IMG/VR virus record: IMGVR_UViG_3300009370_000022
Source: an uncultured virus (IMG/VR IMGVR_UViG_3300009370_000022)
Taxonomy: Duplodnaviria; Heunggongvirae; Uroviricota; Caudoviricetes
DNA: 64,000 bases
Strand: one strand, 5' to 3'
Positions 1 to 9,553 of this stretch are shown in pieces. The notes under the pieces were generated by a model, which was not told the DNA's origin, searched no databases, and worked only from the letters and a program-made list of their open reading frames with translations. Within the stretch, counting starts at the first letter, position 1; each line of letters starts with the position of its first letter. Both the position numbers and the translations under genes were made by a program.

Positions 1-161
1 TTCTCCATAACAGCATGAAAGAGGATAGGACGTCCTGTAATAGACGCCAGGCCAAAAATAATGCAGTCTTCAACTTCTCCATGGTGTTCTTTAAGATCAT
101 AGAGATATTCTCTCCTGATCTGTGCGTAGGTCACAGGAATGTTTGCATTTAAATAGGCCAT
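1..161 (-). CDS. Hypothetical phage protein, 3' end outside the window
   Basis: Not in the ORF track. ATG at 161 reads MAYLNANIPVTYAQIRREYLYDLKEHHGEVEDC... and is open to the window edge. Confidence 0.7.
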   Translation of the reverse strand, partial: MAYLNANIPVTYAQIRREYLYDLKEHHGEVEDCIIFGLASITGRPILFHAVME

Positions 162-174
162 GTATCATATACTA

Positions 175-285
175 TTATATTAGAATTATAATAACGACGA
201 TGACAGCAATAACCACAACTGTAGCTTTTTTATTACCTATCGCTAAGTCCCATATTCTTTGAGCGTGTTGTTTTACTTTGTCCAT
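175..285 (-). CDS. Small single-TM membrane protein (36 aa)
   Basis: Read by hand: MDKVKQHAQRIWDLAIGNKKATVVVIAVIVVIIILI; GGAGG RBS upstream. Confidence 0.65.
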   Translation of the reverse strand: MDKVKQHAQRIWDLAIGNKKATVVVIAVIVVIIILI

Positions 286-293
286 ACTTCCTC

Positions 294-2240
294 CTAGTTA
301 ATGTTCCCCCAACTTTTTCCCTTCTTATAAGTAACTTTATTCTTAACAAGAAGAGGAATAGCTTCTTCCATAATTTGTTTTATTATGCAAGCTTGCTTTT
401 CATCAGAGACAGATACACATAACTCATCGTGAATCTGAATATGGGGTAGTATACCTTTTTCGTAAAGCATTACCATAGCTTTTTTAGTCATGTCTGCAGC
501 AGATCCTTGAATTAATCTATTTAATGCCTTGTACGTGAATGCAGGTTTATAGTAATATTTAAAGTTGTCCATATAGTTGGGATCTAACTTATCGTCAGCT
601 ACTTTTTCTAACAATTCTGCTTTATAAGCTCGCTGAGCTTCTTCTAATGTGAGAATAGGAACAGGTTCATATCTATTTATTTCATTATTCCATTCCCGGT
701 CTCGTGTCTCCCATTTATTAAATCGACAAAATCTATCTTCCAAGGTGAATAAAAGTTTATGATCTTCTGCAAAGGTAATAAGATCTTGAGATAATTGTTT
801 TACAAATGGAACTTGGCGATGATAGTTACTAAATAATTGAGTTGCTTCCTCTTTAGATAAATTTAATTCTTGTTGTAATTTTATTTTTCCCATTCCATAG
901 AATAATCCTAGGTTAATGGTCTTGGCCGTGTTCCGTGGTATGTGGGCCATGTCTGCTACTATCTGGTGAAAGTCAGCATCATCATTATCAAATTCTTTTT
1001 TTAAATCTTCAGTACCGGGTAATTGAAGTTTCAATGCATAGTGAACCACGATACGTGGTTCCTGTTGCGAGTAGTCAAAGCTCCCCCAGGTACAATCTTC
1101 TTCGGGTATAAATAACTCACGCATTTTTTTACCATAGTATCCTTTGGCTGGGATCTGTTGTAGATTAGGATTAGACATAGAAAATCTTCCTGTCACTGTT
1201 CCTCCTTGGTCCGATCTGATTTGATTAATATCTGCATGGATTCTTCCTTTATGTACAAAACTTAATAGTCCTTCGACAAATGCATTTTTAGCTTTATCGC
1301 ATCGTCTAGCGACTTCAATCATCCTTAAGAATCTATTGGCATGAGTTTTTAAATAATCTTTAGGAAGTTGTGGAAGTCCAGACTTAGGAGTCTTTTTATA
1401 ATCTGTAATTTTTTGGTTGTATAATAATTTTTTAATAGAAGCTGCAGCCCAGATCTGAACATCTACACCAGTACGTTTTTTAATAATATTAACTAAATTA
1501 TTTCTACGTTTCTCTAGCTTTTCTCCAAAACGCTTTGCTTTTTCGACATCTATTTTAACTCCCCTGAACTTCATGTCAACTAAACAAGGAAATAATTTTG
1601 TTTCTAAAGTAAAAATTTTTCGTAGACTCTTCTGCTTTGGAGGGTATATAATCTCGTCCAATTTTTTTTCAAAAAGATTCCATAAATTTAATGTTAGTTT
1701 AACGTCTTGAAGTGCATAGTCTTTAACAAGATCATAAGATAACTTATGCATGTTAGACATTGGATCTTTAATCCCTAATTCTTCCCATGCTCTTTGTTTT
1801 AAATCATATTTATATTTAGAATCTTTTAAATAATCTCGACTGAGAGAGTCTAAAGAATATTTCATTCTTGTTTCATCTATTACAGATGCAGCAATCATGG
1901 TGTCTACTAATTCTCCTGCAGGCATTTCCCCTGTGACTGCGCGGATCCAGCAAACGTCGTACATAGCATTATGAAAAACCTTACGTAAACCCTTGTTTTT
2001 AAAGACTTTTTTGTCTAATTCTTTCCAAGTTTCTTCGGCATTTAAATTACTTGTCATGGCATGAGCAATTGGAAAATATAAATTTTGTTTGGAAGTTGCA
2101 ACAGCAATACCACAAACAAATCCATTTCCTTTTATTGCGCCCGATCCTTTTCTTTTTAAATCGGGATCATAAGTTTCTAAGTCAACCGCAATTGTATCAA
2201 TACCTTTTAAATCTAATTCTGAAATTTCAGGGATACACAT
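294..2240 (-). CDS. polA: Family A DNA polymerase with 3'-5' exonuclease domain
   Basis: Exo motifs DLET and FHNAMYD; TGRFSMSNPNLQQIP; motif A DYSQQEPR; motif B AKTINLGLFYG; IQGSAAD; motif C IHDEL. Confidence 0.97.
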   Translation of the reverse strand: MCIPEISELDLKGIDTIAVDLETYDPDLKRKGSGAIKGNGFVCGIAVATSKQNLYFPIAHAMTSNLNAEETWKELDKKVFKNKGLRKVFHNAMYDVCWIRAVTGEMPAGELVDTMIAASVIDETRMKYSLDSLSRDYLKDSKYKYDLKQRAWEELGIKDPMSNMHKLSYDLVKDYALQDVKLTLNLWNLFEKKLDEIIYPPKQKSLRKIFTLETKLFPCLVDMKFRGVKIDVEKAKRFGEKLEKRRNNLVNIIKKRTGVDVQIWAAASIKKLLYNQKITDYKKTPKSGLPQLPKDYLKTHANRFLRMIEVARRCDKAKNAFVEGLLSFVHKGRIHADINQIRSDQGGTVTGRFSMSNPNLQQIPAKGYYGKKMRELFIPEEDCTWGSFDYSQQEPRIVVHYALKLQLPGTEDLKKEFDNDDADFHQIVADMAHIPRNTAKTINLGLFYGMGKIKLQQELNLSKEEATQLFSNYHRQVPFVKQLSQDLITFAEDHKLLFTLEDRFCRFNKWETRDREWNNEINRYEPVPILTLEEAQRAYKAELLEKVADDKLDPNYMDNFKYYYKPAFTYKALNRLIQGSAADMTKKAMVMLYEKGILPHIQIHDELCVSVSDEKQACIIKQIMEEAIPLLVKNKVTYKKGKSWGNIN

Positions 2241-2497
2241 TACTTTTTAATTATTCCCCACGAGTTTTTCTTTTCTTCTTTCACTTCTTCAGGATAGTCT
2301 CTATCTATAGCCATGTCAATATAATGTTTAGCTTTTAGTAAATCTTGTTTTTGATTTTTTTGTTTGTGCCGACATAAATATTTTATTGCATTGCCTTCTG
2401 CAAAAGGAATATTATTTTTATTAATAAATTCTGATGGTTGAATGACCATAGACTGGTAGTGATTCCCGCCTACCTGCTTTTTATATATGTCACTCAT
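2240..2497 (-). CDS. DUF3310-family protein
   Basis: QVGGNHY...GNAIKYLCR...KQDLLKAKHY pattern; start moved to the ATG overlapping the helicase stop (ATGA). Confidence 0.85.
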   Translation of the reverse strand: MSDIYKKQVGGNHYQSMVIQPSEFINKNNIPFAEGNAIKYLCRHKQKNQKQDLLKAKHYIDMAIDRDYPEEVKEEKKNSWGIIKK

Positions 2498-4089
2498 CTT
2501 TTGCCTAACTCCCATTTTCCTTCGGAAGCTAAGGTCCAGTAATCATAAATCGCTCTACTGTATGCAGTATATTTTAATCTTAGTTGTACATCATAATCTT
2601 CTTTTCGAGTCATAGTTAGATCTACAACCACATTATCAAATGTTAATCCTTTTATCGTATGTATGTTTCCATATTTAACTCGAATGTTTTTATCAAAGTC
2701 AACTCCCTTTCTTAACACATCTTTTATATATCTCATTCTCATGTCGTGTTTATCAACTCTCTTTCGTATAAGATCAAAGTCTCTATGTTGCTTACAATCA
2801 TTTTTTAAGTATTTCTTTTCTATTAACTGATCGACAGTATAATCTTGTTTTATCCAGTCGTCAAATTTTGAAACTTCTCCCTTTCCAAATATTTTAATTT
2901 TACCTGAGAGATATTCCCAGAACTCTTTAATCTGCGTCAGACTCATAGGTTTTCCATTTAAAAAATCTTCCCATAAATAATGTGCTCTTAATTCCTTTTT
3001 AGATACGAAAGGAGAACTATCTATATGAGAAAATTCGATAGCATTTTCTATAAAAAATCTTCTTATCTTTGTATCACTTGGAGTTCCTCTAAATGTAAAT
3101 AAAAATGTTTCATTGGTATTATGAATTTTATTTAATAAAATACTCAAATGAGTACAGCCATTAAGGGTAGGTAAATAATAGCCTTTACCATAAATAAATT
3201 CTCCTATCTTTCCTTTGCCGTGTCTTTCTGTATATTTAGCAGCTGTCCATACTCTACTATACCCATACTTATCCCATATAGGTTTAATAATTTGTTTGCA
3301 TTTTTCATTAACTGCTACACTACATCTTTTTCCTTCTTCTAGTTCTTCAAAAGGATCGGCTGAAAGTTTATGGAAATAGTCTGCATCTGATCCAGAAAAT
3401 TCAAAGATAGTTTGGTCAGCGTCTCCTACCATATAATAATGTTCCTCTTTAACATTACGAGCCATTTTATTTATAGCTTTTAATTGGGGAACGTTACTGT
3501 CTTGAGCTTCGTCTATGATAAGTGCATCTATCTGAGGATCCTTGGCGATTTGAGTGAACTCTTCTATCATATCTTCAAAGTCGCAAATGTTATATTCTTT
3601 TTTATAATTGATATAAACTTCGTATAACTCTGTCAGAAGTTTAATATTATTGTAAGGTTTGTAATCAGTTGGAATACATTTTCTCCAGAATTGTTCGAGA
3701 GTAAAACCTTTTCCTCTCGCTGCCTTTACATATTTATAAAACCCGTGTTTTTCTAGATTTTTTTGTGTACTAAAAAAATGTCTATTAAGTTTAATTAAGT
3801 TAGCGTGATCAGCTACATCATCAAATTTTTCTTTATGAGGAATTTTGCTTCTACAATATTTATGAATAGTGCAGATTCTGTATTTAAAAAATTTCTTTCT
3901 TAAGCCCCTTTCTTTCATCTCCGGTAATTCTAGAATAGCGTCTCTAATTTCATCAGCGGCTACATTAGTATGAGAAAGAATAATTATATTTTCTGGAGAA
4001 TATTTATTTAATAATTCCTTATATAGTTTCACAATAAAGGTATGAGTTTTACCAGTACCTGGTGGACCAGCTACAAATCTAGGAGTCAT
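2494..4089 (-). CDS. UvrD/Rep-like SF1 helicase
   Basis: Walker A GPPGTGKT, TIH, IDEAQD, GDADQTIF, NIHTIKGLTFD, YTAYSRA. Confidence 0.93.
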   Translation of the reverse strand: MTPRFVAGPPGTGKTHTFIVKLYKELLNKYSPENIIILSHTNVAADEIRDAILELPEMKERGLRKKFFKYRICTIHKYCRSKIPHKEKFDDVADHANLIKLNRHFFSTQKNLEKHGFYKYVKAARGKGFTLEQFWRKCIPTDYKPYNNIKLLTELYEVYINYKKEYNICDFEDMIEEFTQIAKDPQIDALIIDEAQDSNVPQLKAINKMARNVKEEHYYMVGDADQTIFEFSGSDADYFHKLSADPFEELEEGKRCSVAVNEKCKQIIKPIWDKYGYSRVWTAAKYTERHGKGKIGEFIYGKGYYLPTLNGCTHLSILLNKIHNTNETFLFTFRGTPSDTKIRRFFIENAIEFSHIDSSPFVSKKELRAHYLWEDFLNGKPMSLTQIKEFWEYLSGKIKIFGKGEVSKFDDWIKQDYTVDQLIEKKYLKNDCKQHRDFDLIRKRVDKHDMRMRYIKDVLRKGVDFDKNIRVKYGNIHTIKGLTFDNVVVDLTMTRKEDYDVQLRLKYTAYSRAIYDYWTLASEGKWELGKR

Positions 4090-5518
4090 TGGTTATCTCC
4101 TTAAAGTCTCCTTCAACTGTAATATCTTCTTTGTCGATGTCAGGACTATCTATTCTCCAAGAAACACAAGACTTCTCGTGAAATTTTCCTCTTTTCTTTT
4201 TAGCTTTTAATACTCTTTGAATTTTAAGTACCAAATCTACTCTATTTAAATTAACTTTCTTGCTTTCTAAATAATCTTCAAAGTTGTCTAAATTAAATTC
4301 TAAAAAGTTTTTAGGATTATTAAAATAAGGTAGTCCATATTGGGCTAATTCTTTTTTATCTGAGTATGCTTTAACTTGTCGAATATAATTTTTAAAATGT
4401 TTAACAAATCTTAATTCTTCTTCTGCTTCTTCTACATAATCATCCGACTTAGTTCTTTTTTCATATTTCTGTCTCATTATTGTTTCAAAATCTTTAGGAG
4501 GCATTTTAGGAACCCATAAAGATGCTTTACTAATAACTGCATCATAAAATAATTTTTGATTCATGAGCGTTGGTCCGTCCACAATGATTTGTTTTTCTTT
4601 TAATTCTCCTTCTAATAAAGTATTTACTTTAACAATGTATCTATCACTTCCATATTCAATAATATCTCCGATAGATTCCTGAGCAATTTCTTTTCCTGCT
4701 ACATGCTTTGCTCCTACCCATTTAAATAATTCTGAAACTACTTTAGGAGAGCATCCAATAATCTCGGCTAATTTAGGAATTCCTAAATTTTTATTTGCTT
4801 TCTGTCCACTTGTACCTTTAGCCATGCGTTTGCTTGCTTCTTCATCATTAGATTCCGTGGCCAAATTGTAAACAAATTCATCTACATCTTCTATATCCCA
4901 AGTAGTATGCTTTAGTAAGACTCCGGCCACAGCTGTACAATAAGCGTCTCTTTGGCCCTGGGGTGCATATAAAAGACAAAGTGCGGTAGAGAGAGCCACT
5001 TTACCCACATCTGCTCTTAAATCTCCTGTATATTCGTTTATACCTACATATTTCTCCCATTTAACACTTTCGTTAGCTTTACTATGCTTAGATTCAGGAA
5101 CAATAGTATATCGATCACTCCCATTTCTTAGTTCGCACAACATGGAACCATGAGGTAAATCTTCGTATCTATCTTTTAATTCTTTGGGTAATTTAAATTG
5201 AGTAAAATCTAATGTGCCTTTCCACCAGTAGTGACTTCGTGGATTACCTCCTCTTCCAGAGATTGCTCCACAAGATCTCACATATTGATCTATAAATCTT
5301 TTAACTAAAGCATTGTCTATATCCAGATCAATATTATGATCGAGTCTTAATGCAATTTCACAGTGGCGATAATTATTTTTCCATTCTTCTTTCGTTATTT
5401 TAAAATTGGGATTGGTCCAATCTTTGACAATTGGAGTACCTCGCATACATGGAATGATAATATAACCGTCATCAATCCACTCTTCATAAGTAACAGGAGC
5501 TCTATTTTTCACTAACAT
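4079..5518 (-). CDS. Bifunctional primase-polymerase (Prim-Pol/AEP) domain protein
   Basis: N-terminal IIIPC..GTP..KDW, DLDID acidic motif, HYWW, YTIVPESKH; no Walker A seen. Confidence 0.8.
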   Translation of the reverse strand: MLVKNRAPVTYEEWIDDGYIIIPCMRGTPIVKDWTNPNFKITKEEWKNNYRHCEIALRLDHNIDLDIDNALVKRFIDQYVRSCGAISGRGGNPRSHYWWKGTLDFTQFKLPKELKDRYEDLPHGSMLCELRNGSDRYTIVPESKHSKANESVKWEKYVGINEYTGDLRADVGKVALSTALCLLYAPQGQRDAYCTAVAGVLLKHTTWDIEDVDEFVYNLATESNDEEASKRMAKGTSGQKANKNLGIPKLAEIIGCSPKVVSELFKWVGAKHVAGKEIAQESIGDIIEYGSDRYIVKVNTLLEGELKEKQIIVDGPTLMNQKLFYDAVISKASLWVPKMPPKDFETIMRQKYEKRTKSDDYVEEAEEELRFVKHFKNYIRQVKAYSDKKELAQYGLPYFNNPKNFLEFNLDNFEDYLESKKVNLNRVDLVLKIQRVLKAKKKRGKFHEKSCVSWRIDSPDIDKEDITVEGDFKEITNDS

Positions 5519-5533
5519 AAATCCACCTCTGAC

Positions 5534-5557
5534 TAAGGGGTTCCTAGGAACCCCTTA
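5534..5557. repeat. Perfect 24-bp palindrome upstream of the primase
   Basis: TAAGGGGTTCCTAGGAACCCCTTA. Confidence 0.9.
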
Positions 5558-5601
5558 ATCTTTTTTCCTAGTCCACTCTCGCTTTCTAGAAAATTCAGAA
5601 A

Positions 5602-6372
5602 TTATAAATTAATTTCCTTTTTGGGTTCTACGCTAGACTCATGTTTCGCTTCTACTTCTCCTTTGTTAACTCTTTCAGAAAAAGTTTTGGCTACTTCATA
5701 AACAGATTTGTCTTGAATTGGTCCTTTTAAAGACACATCCCATCCAAACCATGTTCCCTTGTCATTAGACATTTGAACAGCTTTTAGATTATAAATGTGG
5801 CTGTAAGTTGGCGGTGTAAACAATCCATTTTTGCCTTGCATTTTTAATCCCATCATTAATGAGTTCCACTTTCTACTCACTTTGAGTTGAGTGGCCTTCA
5901 TTGAAATTAATGCAGTTGTTGGAGTTTTACCTAGAAGAACAACAAAGTGACTTGCTGTGGTTTCTAAATAATTTCCATTAGCTAATCTATCTTTGTTATC
6001 TTTGCTTCTTTGAGTTTTAGGCAAATTAGCGGAAGCTTCATATATGTTCACAGGTGCGCCCATACTTGCTCCTCTATCTTGCCATTCAATATACTGTCTT
6101 TTATAAAAGACTGGAAGTACATCGATTCCCTTCTCACCGTCGAACAACTCACTTGAAACAGTATTGATAATCATACCAGGTTGTGCACCTTCTATGTATT
6201 TCGCATGCTGTTTGTTGATCTCAGGCGATAAATGACCCAGAACTTTTAAGAATGGTAACGCAAGATCATCCTGCGCTATGTTCTGTGATCCTTTATTAGC
6301 ATCTGCTTCAAATAAATTTGAAGATAATGCTCCGGCAGTGTTACGTACTGCAACGTTTGTTTCATTTTTCAT
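5602..6372 (-). CDS. Putative ssDNA-binding/replication accessory protein
   Basis: DLALPFLKVL..LSPE, YIEW, MKATQLKVSRKWN, NDKGTWFGW; sits in the replication operon. Confidence 0.6.
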   Translation of the reverse strand: MKNETNVAVRNTAGALSSNLFEADANKGSQNIAQDDLALPFLKVLGHLSPEINKQHAKYIEGAQPGMIINTVSSELFDGEKGIDVLPVFYKRQYIEWQDRGASMGAPVNIYEASANLPKTQRSKDNKDRLANGNYLETTASHFVVLLGKTPTTALISMKATQLKVSRKWNSLMMGLKMQGKNGLFTPPTYSHIYNLKAVQMSNDKGTWFGWDVSLKGPIQDKSVYEVAKTFSERVNKGEVEAKHESSVEPKKEINL

Positions 6373-6374
6373 GT

Positions 6375-6926
6375 TTATTGTTTCCTTTTTATTGTTGTTT
6401 TATTTCCAACGAATACGTTGAAAAGTTCCGTTGGCATTTCTTTACCTGCCTCTAAACGTTCACGGACTAACGCTTTGAGAGTCATAGGTTCGACCTTCAA
6501 CTTCTGTGTCGGTTCAAACCCGTGACTCTTCGCAAGGTTGGCATAATCAGCCGCCTTGTTATCTTCGTTACGACCAAAAGATACGAGTATCTCGTTTTTG
6601 ATTATATCTCCTAGTCCATTGTTACGAAGCCAGTTAAACGCCGCTTCTCTATTTGCTATAGTGATACTGGCGCTATAATTTGGTTTAACATCTACTGAAG
6701 AACCATCTGCTAATTTAAGTTGGGATAAACCCATCTCAGACATCATAGTTGGTATCACTTCTCCAGATAAATGTTCTATTTGTTTTTTATGTTCTTTAAG
6801 AGCATCTTCTCGTATTTCAAGTTCATGCTGCATTTCTTCTAAGTTTTTTATTTTATCAGCCAGTTTGTCAATATTGTCTGTTCGATTTAATAAATCCTCC
6901 TGGTCTTTTTCAAAATCAATTGCCAT
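6375..6926 (-). CDS. Conserved phage protein of the replication operon
   Basis: Coiled coil followed by AFNWLRNNGLGDIIKN and VEPMTLKALVRE; GGAG RBS before the ATG at 6926. Confidence 0.7.
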   Translation of the reverse strand: MAIDFEKDQEDLLNRTDNIDKLADKIKNLEEMQHELEIREDALKEHKKQIEHLSGEVIPTMMSEMGLSQLKLADGSSVDVKPNYSASITIANREAAFNWLRNNGLGDIIKNEILVSFGRNEDNKAADYANLAKSHGFEPTQKLKVEPMTLKALVRERLEAGKEMPTELFNVFVGNKTTIKRKQ

Positions 6927-7338
6927 CAATTTCTCCTTTCTCATGTAAATTAATTTCTATAGGATAATATTTTCTTTCTTGTTTATCCCATTTTAATAGA
7001 TTGTATTTTCCATTAGTATTGTCTGATACGATAGAACAAGCTACTCCTATTATTGCTGGATCTCCAGTTAATAATAAATAATCTTTTTTAGAAAAATTTT
7101 TTAAACCTTGTCTAAGTTTATAAATTAAGGGACCAGGTGAAAATATTATTTGCGATAGTTCCGGTAATAAAAATTTTAATTTACCATAACCTGCAGCTCC
7201 CATAATATTTATTTTAGGTCTTCCTTCTTTAGTTCCAGGAATTTCCTGAATCACATGAACTATGGATTCCGGATCATGTTGGTCTGGAGCAGGTCCACAT
7301 TTTAAGCTACTAAAAACATCTTGTTGTATCTTTCTCAT
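6916..7338 (-). CDS. Hypothetical protein
   Basis: DYLLLTGDP motif; start moved to ATG 7338, directly downstream of a promoter. Confidence 0.65.
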   Translation of the reverse strand: MRKIQQDVFSSLKCGPAPDQHDPESIVHVIQEIPGTKEGRPKINIMGAAGYGKLKFLLPELSQIIFSPGPLIYKLRQGLKNFSKKDYLLLTGDPAIIGVACSIVSDNTNGKYNLLKWDKQERKYYPIEINLHEKGEIDGN

Positions 7339-7374
7339 TGACAAACAATATAACCATGTATATATAGAAGTCAA
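7338..7374. promoter_or_regulatory. Overlapping divergent sigma70-like promoters
   Basis: Plus strand TTGACA-17-TATATA; minus strand TTGACT-18-TATTGT; lies between divergent genes. Confidence 0.7.
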
Positions 7375-7394
7375 GAAAGAAAAAAATAAAAATT

Positions 7395-8825
7395 ATGAAT
7401 TATAAATTTAAAATGAAGCCATACGCTCATCAAGTAACGGCGTTGGAAAAATCGTGGAATAAGGAAACGTTTGCCTACTTTATGGAAATGGGAACTGGTA
7501 AGTCAAAAGTTCTTATAGATAATATAGCTATGCTTTACGATAAAGGAAAAATAGATGGCGCTTTAATTATTGCTCCTAAAGGAGTTATTAAAACTTGGTA
7601 TGAACAAGAGCTCCCGGCTCATCTTCCAGATCATGTCGAAAATGAGGCAGTTTTATGGCAAGCTAATATTACTAAATCTCAACAAAAAAAATTAGATCAT
7701 TTATTTGAACCTGCATCTATCTTTCATATTTTAATAATGAATGTAGAAGCTTTAAGTACTCCTAAAGGTACTAACTTTGCTTATCGATATTTATCGTGTC
7801 ATAATGCTTTAATGGCTATTGATGAATCTACTACTATTAAGAATCCCAAAGCAAAAAGAACTAAGAATATCTTAAAATTAGCTGAGTATTCTAAATATAG
7901 AAGAATACTGACTGGTTCTCCTGTAACTAGAAATCCACTCGATCTTTATACTCAATGTGAGTTTTTAAGTCCCTGGTTATTAAACTTTGCTTCTTATTAT
8001 TCTTTTAGAAATAGATATGCGGAAATGAAAACTATGAGATTTGGAGGAAGGCAGGTACAAGTTGTAGCTGCGTATAAAAATCTGGGAGAACTTTCTGATA
8101 AATTAAAAGATTTTTCTTATAGAGTTTTAAAAGAAGATTGTCTGGATCTCCCTGAAAAAACATTCATGAAACGAATGATTTCTTTAACTGCTGATCAAGT
8201 AAAAATTTATAAACAAATGAAAGAAGAAGCGTTAGCTTATCTAAACGGTAAGGTTACAACAACTGCCACAGTTTTGACTCAATTAATGAGACTCCAACAA
8301 ATCACTTGTGGTCATTTTAAAGCTGATGATGGAAGTACTCAACCTATTAATAATAATAGGATTACTGAGTTAATGAATGTATTAGATGAGATAGAAGGAA
8401 AGGTCGTTATATGGGCTCATTTTCAATATGATATTACTTCTATAATCAAAGCTATTGTTGACGAATATGGTCCGGGATCCGTGGTCGATTATTATGGATT
8501 AACGCCACAAGAAGACAGACAAGATAATATTCGTAAGTTTCAAAATGATGAAAACGTAAGATTCCTGGTAGGAACTCCTGCAACTGGTGGATACGGAATC
8601 ACCCTGACTGCTGCATCGACCATGATTTACTACTCAAATGGGTATGATCTGGAAAAAAGATTACAGTCACAAGACCGTATTCACCGGATTGGCCAAAAAC
8701 AGCCAGTTACCTATATAGATATTATAGCGGAAGATACGGTAGATAATAAGATAGTCAAATCCCTTAAAAAGAAAGTAAATATCGCATCTAAAGTAATGGG
8801 CGAAGAACTTAAATCATGGATTTAG
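7395..8825 (+). CDS. SNF2-family SF2 helicase
   Basis: MEMGTGKS, IDESTTIKN, ILTGSP, GGYGITLT, QSQDRIHRIGQ. Confidence 0.93.
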   Translation: MNYKFKMKPYAHQVTALEKSWNKETFAYFMEMGTGKSKVLIDNIAMLYDKGKIDGALIIAPKGVIKTWYEQELPAHLPDHVENEAVLWQANITKSQQKKLDHLFEPASIFHILIMNVEALSTPKGTNFAYRYLSCHNALMAIDESTTIKNPKAKRTKNILKLAEYSKYRRILTGSPVTRNPLDLYTQCEFLSPWLLNFASYYSFRNRYAEMKTMRFGGRQVQVVAAYKNLGELSDKLKDFSYRVLKEDCLDLPEKTFMKRMISLTADQVKIYKQMKEEALAYLNGKVTTTATVLTQLMRLQQITCGHFKADDGSTQPINNNRITELMNVLDEIEGKVVIWAHFQYDITSIIKAIVDEYGPGSVVDYYGLTPQEDRQDNIRKFQNDENVRFLVGTPATGGYGITLTAASTMIYYSNGYDLEKRLQSQDRIHRIGQKQPVTYIDIIAEDTVDNKIVKSLKKKVNIASKVMGEELKSWI

Positions 8826-8855
8826 TAGGATATACGCGTGGGGCGCGCTAGAATT

Positions 8856-9341
8856 CTAGGATAAGACTTTTCCGCCGGCCCATTTCATGTCAGGTAGACC
8901 ATTTTCGTAAGTTTTTCCATCGTAAGTGAGAATTTGTTTTCTGTTAGCACCTTTTTCATTGTAACTGACGTGTACCCAGCCTCCTGCGGGATCATCTTTT
9001 TTATAGAACTCGAGGATTAATTGATCAAAGTCCACGTTATTAGAAAGCCAATAAGCTGTCTGAATATTTGGAACGCCTGCTATTTCAAAGTCAACCGCCT
9101 GGCCCTTTGCATGTTGCGACGTTTTTTTGCTGCCGATCGCTTCACACAGCGCCTCGCTGCGATAGCCCGATGTTATTGTAATTGGTTTGTCAAAGTGTGC
9201 ACGAACCGGTTCCAAAATTTCATAGCATACGTTCTCCAAGTTTTTAATATCACCTGCTCCAGGTGAGTTGTCGATACCTTTACGAGTAGCGGTCATACTC
9301 TTAGTCATCTCTTCGAGTTTAAAATGTTTTGATAGTTGCAT
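8856..9341 (-). CDS. Peptidase M15 endolysin-like protein
   Basis: LSKHFKLEE, ITSGYRS, SQHAKGQAVD, WVHVS; true start likely MQLSKHF at 9341 (TAATG overlap). Confidence 0.88.
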   Translation of the reverse strand: MQLSKHFKLEEMTKSMTATRKGIDNSPGAGDIKNLENVCYEILEPVRAHFDKPITITSGYRSEALCEAIGSKKTSQHAKGQAVDFEIAGVPNIQTAYWLSNNVDFDQLILEFYKKDDPAGGWVHVSYNEKGANRKQILTYDGKTYENGLPDMKWAGGKVLS

Positions 9342-9553
9342 TATGTAATAAAAGTATTGAAGAGTTGTAGTGCAACAGCCCCCACCGTCGCCAATAATAC
9401 CCAATAGATTTTATCTATCTTGCCGCCCAATTTGTCCACGTCCTGATGAATATGTAGCAAATCATTCTTCTTAATATTATCGACATCACGCTTCAATCCC
9501 GTGATGTGACCTTCTAAACTGATAATAGATTCTCTAGTTGTTTTGGGCGTCAT
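9341..9553 (-). CDS. Small coiled-coil protein with C-terminal TM (holin-like)
   Basis: IYWVLLATVGAVALQLF segment; directly upstream of the endolysin. Confidence 0.55.
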   Translation of the reverse strand: MTPKTTRESIISLEGHITGLKRDVDNIKKNDLLHIHQDVDKLGGKIDKIYWVLLATVGAVALQLFNTFIT

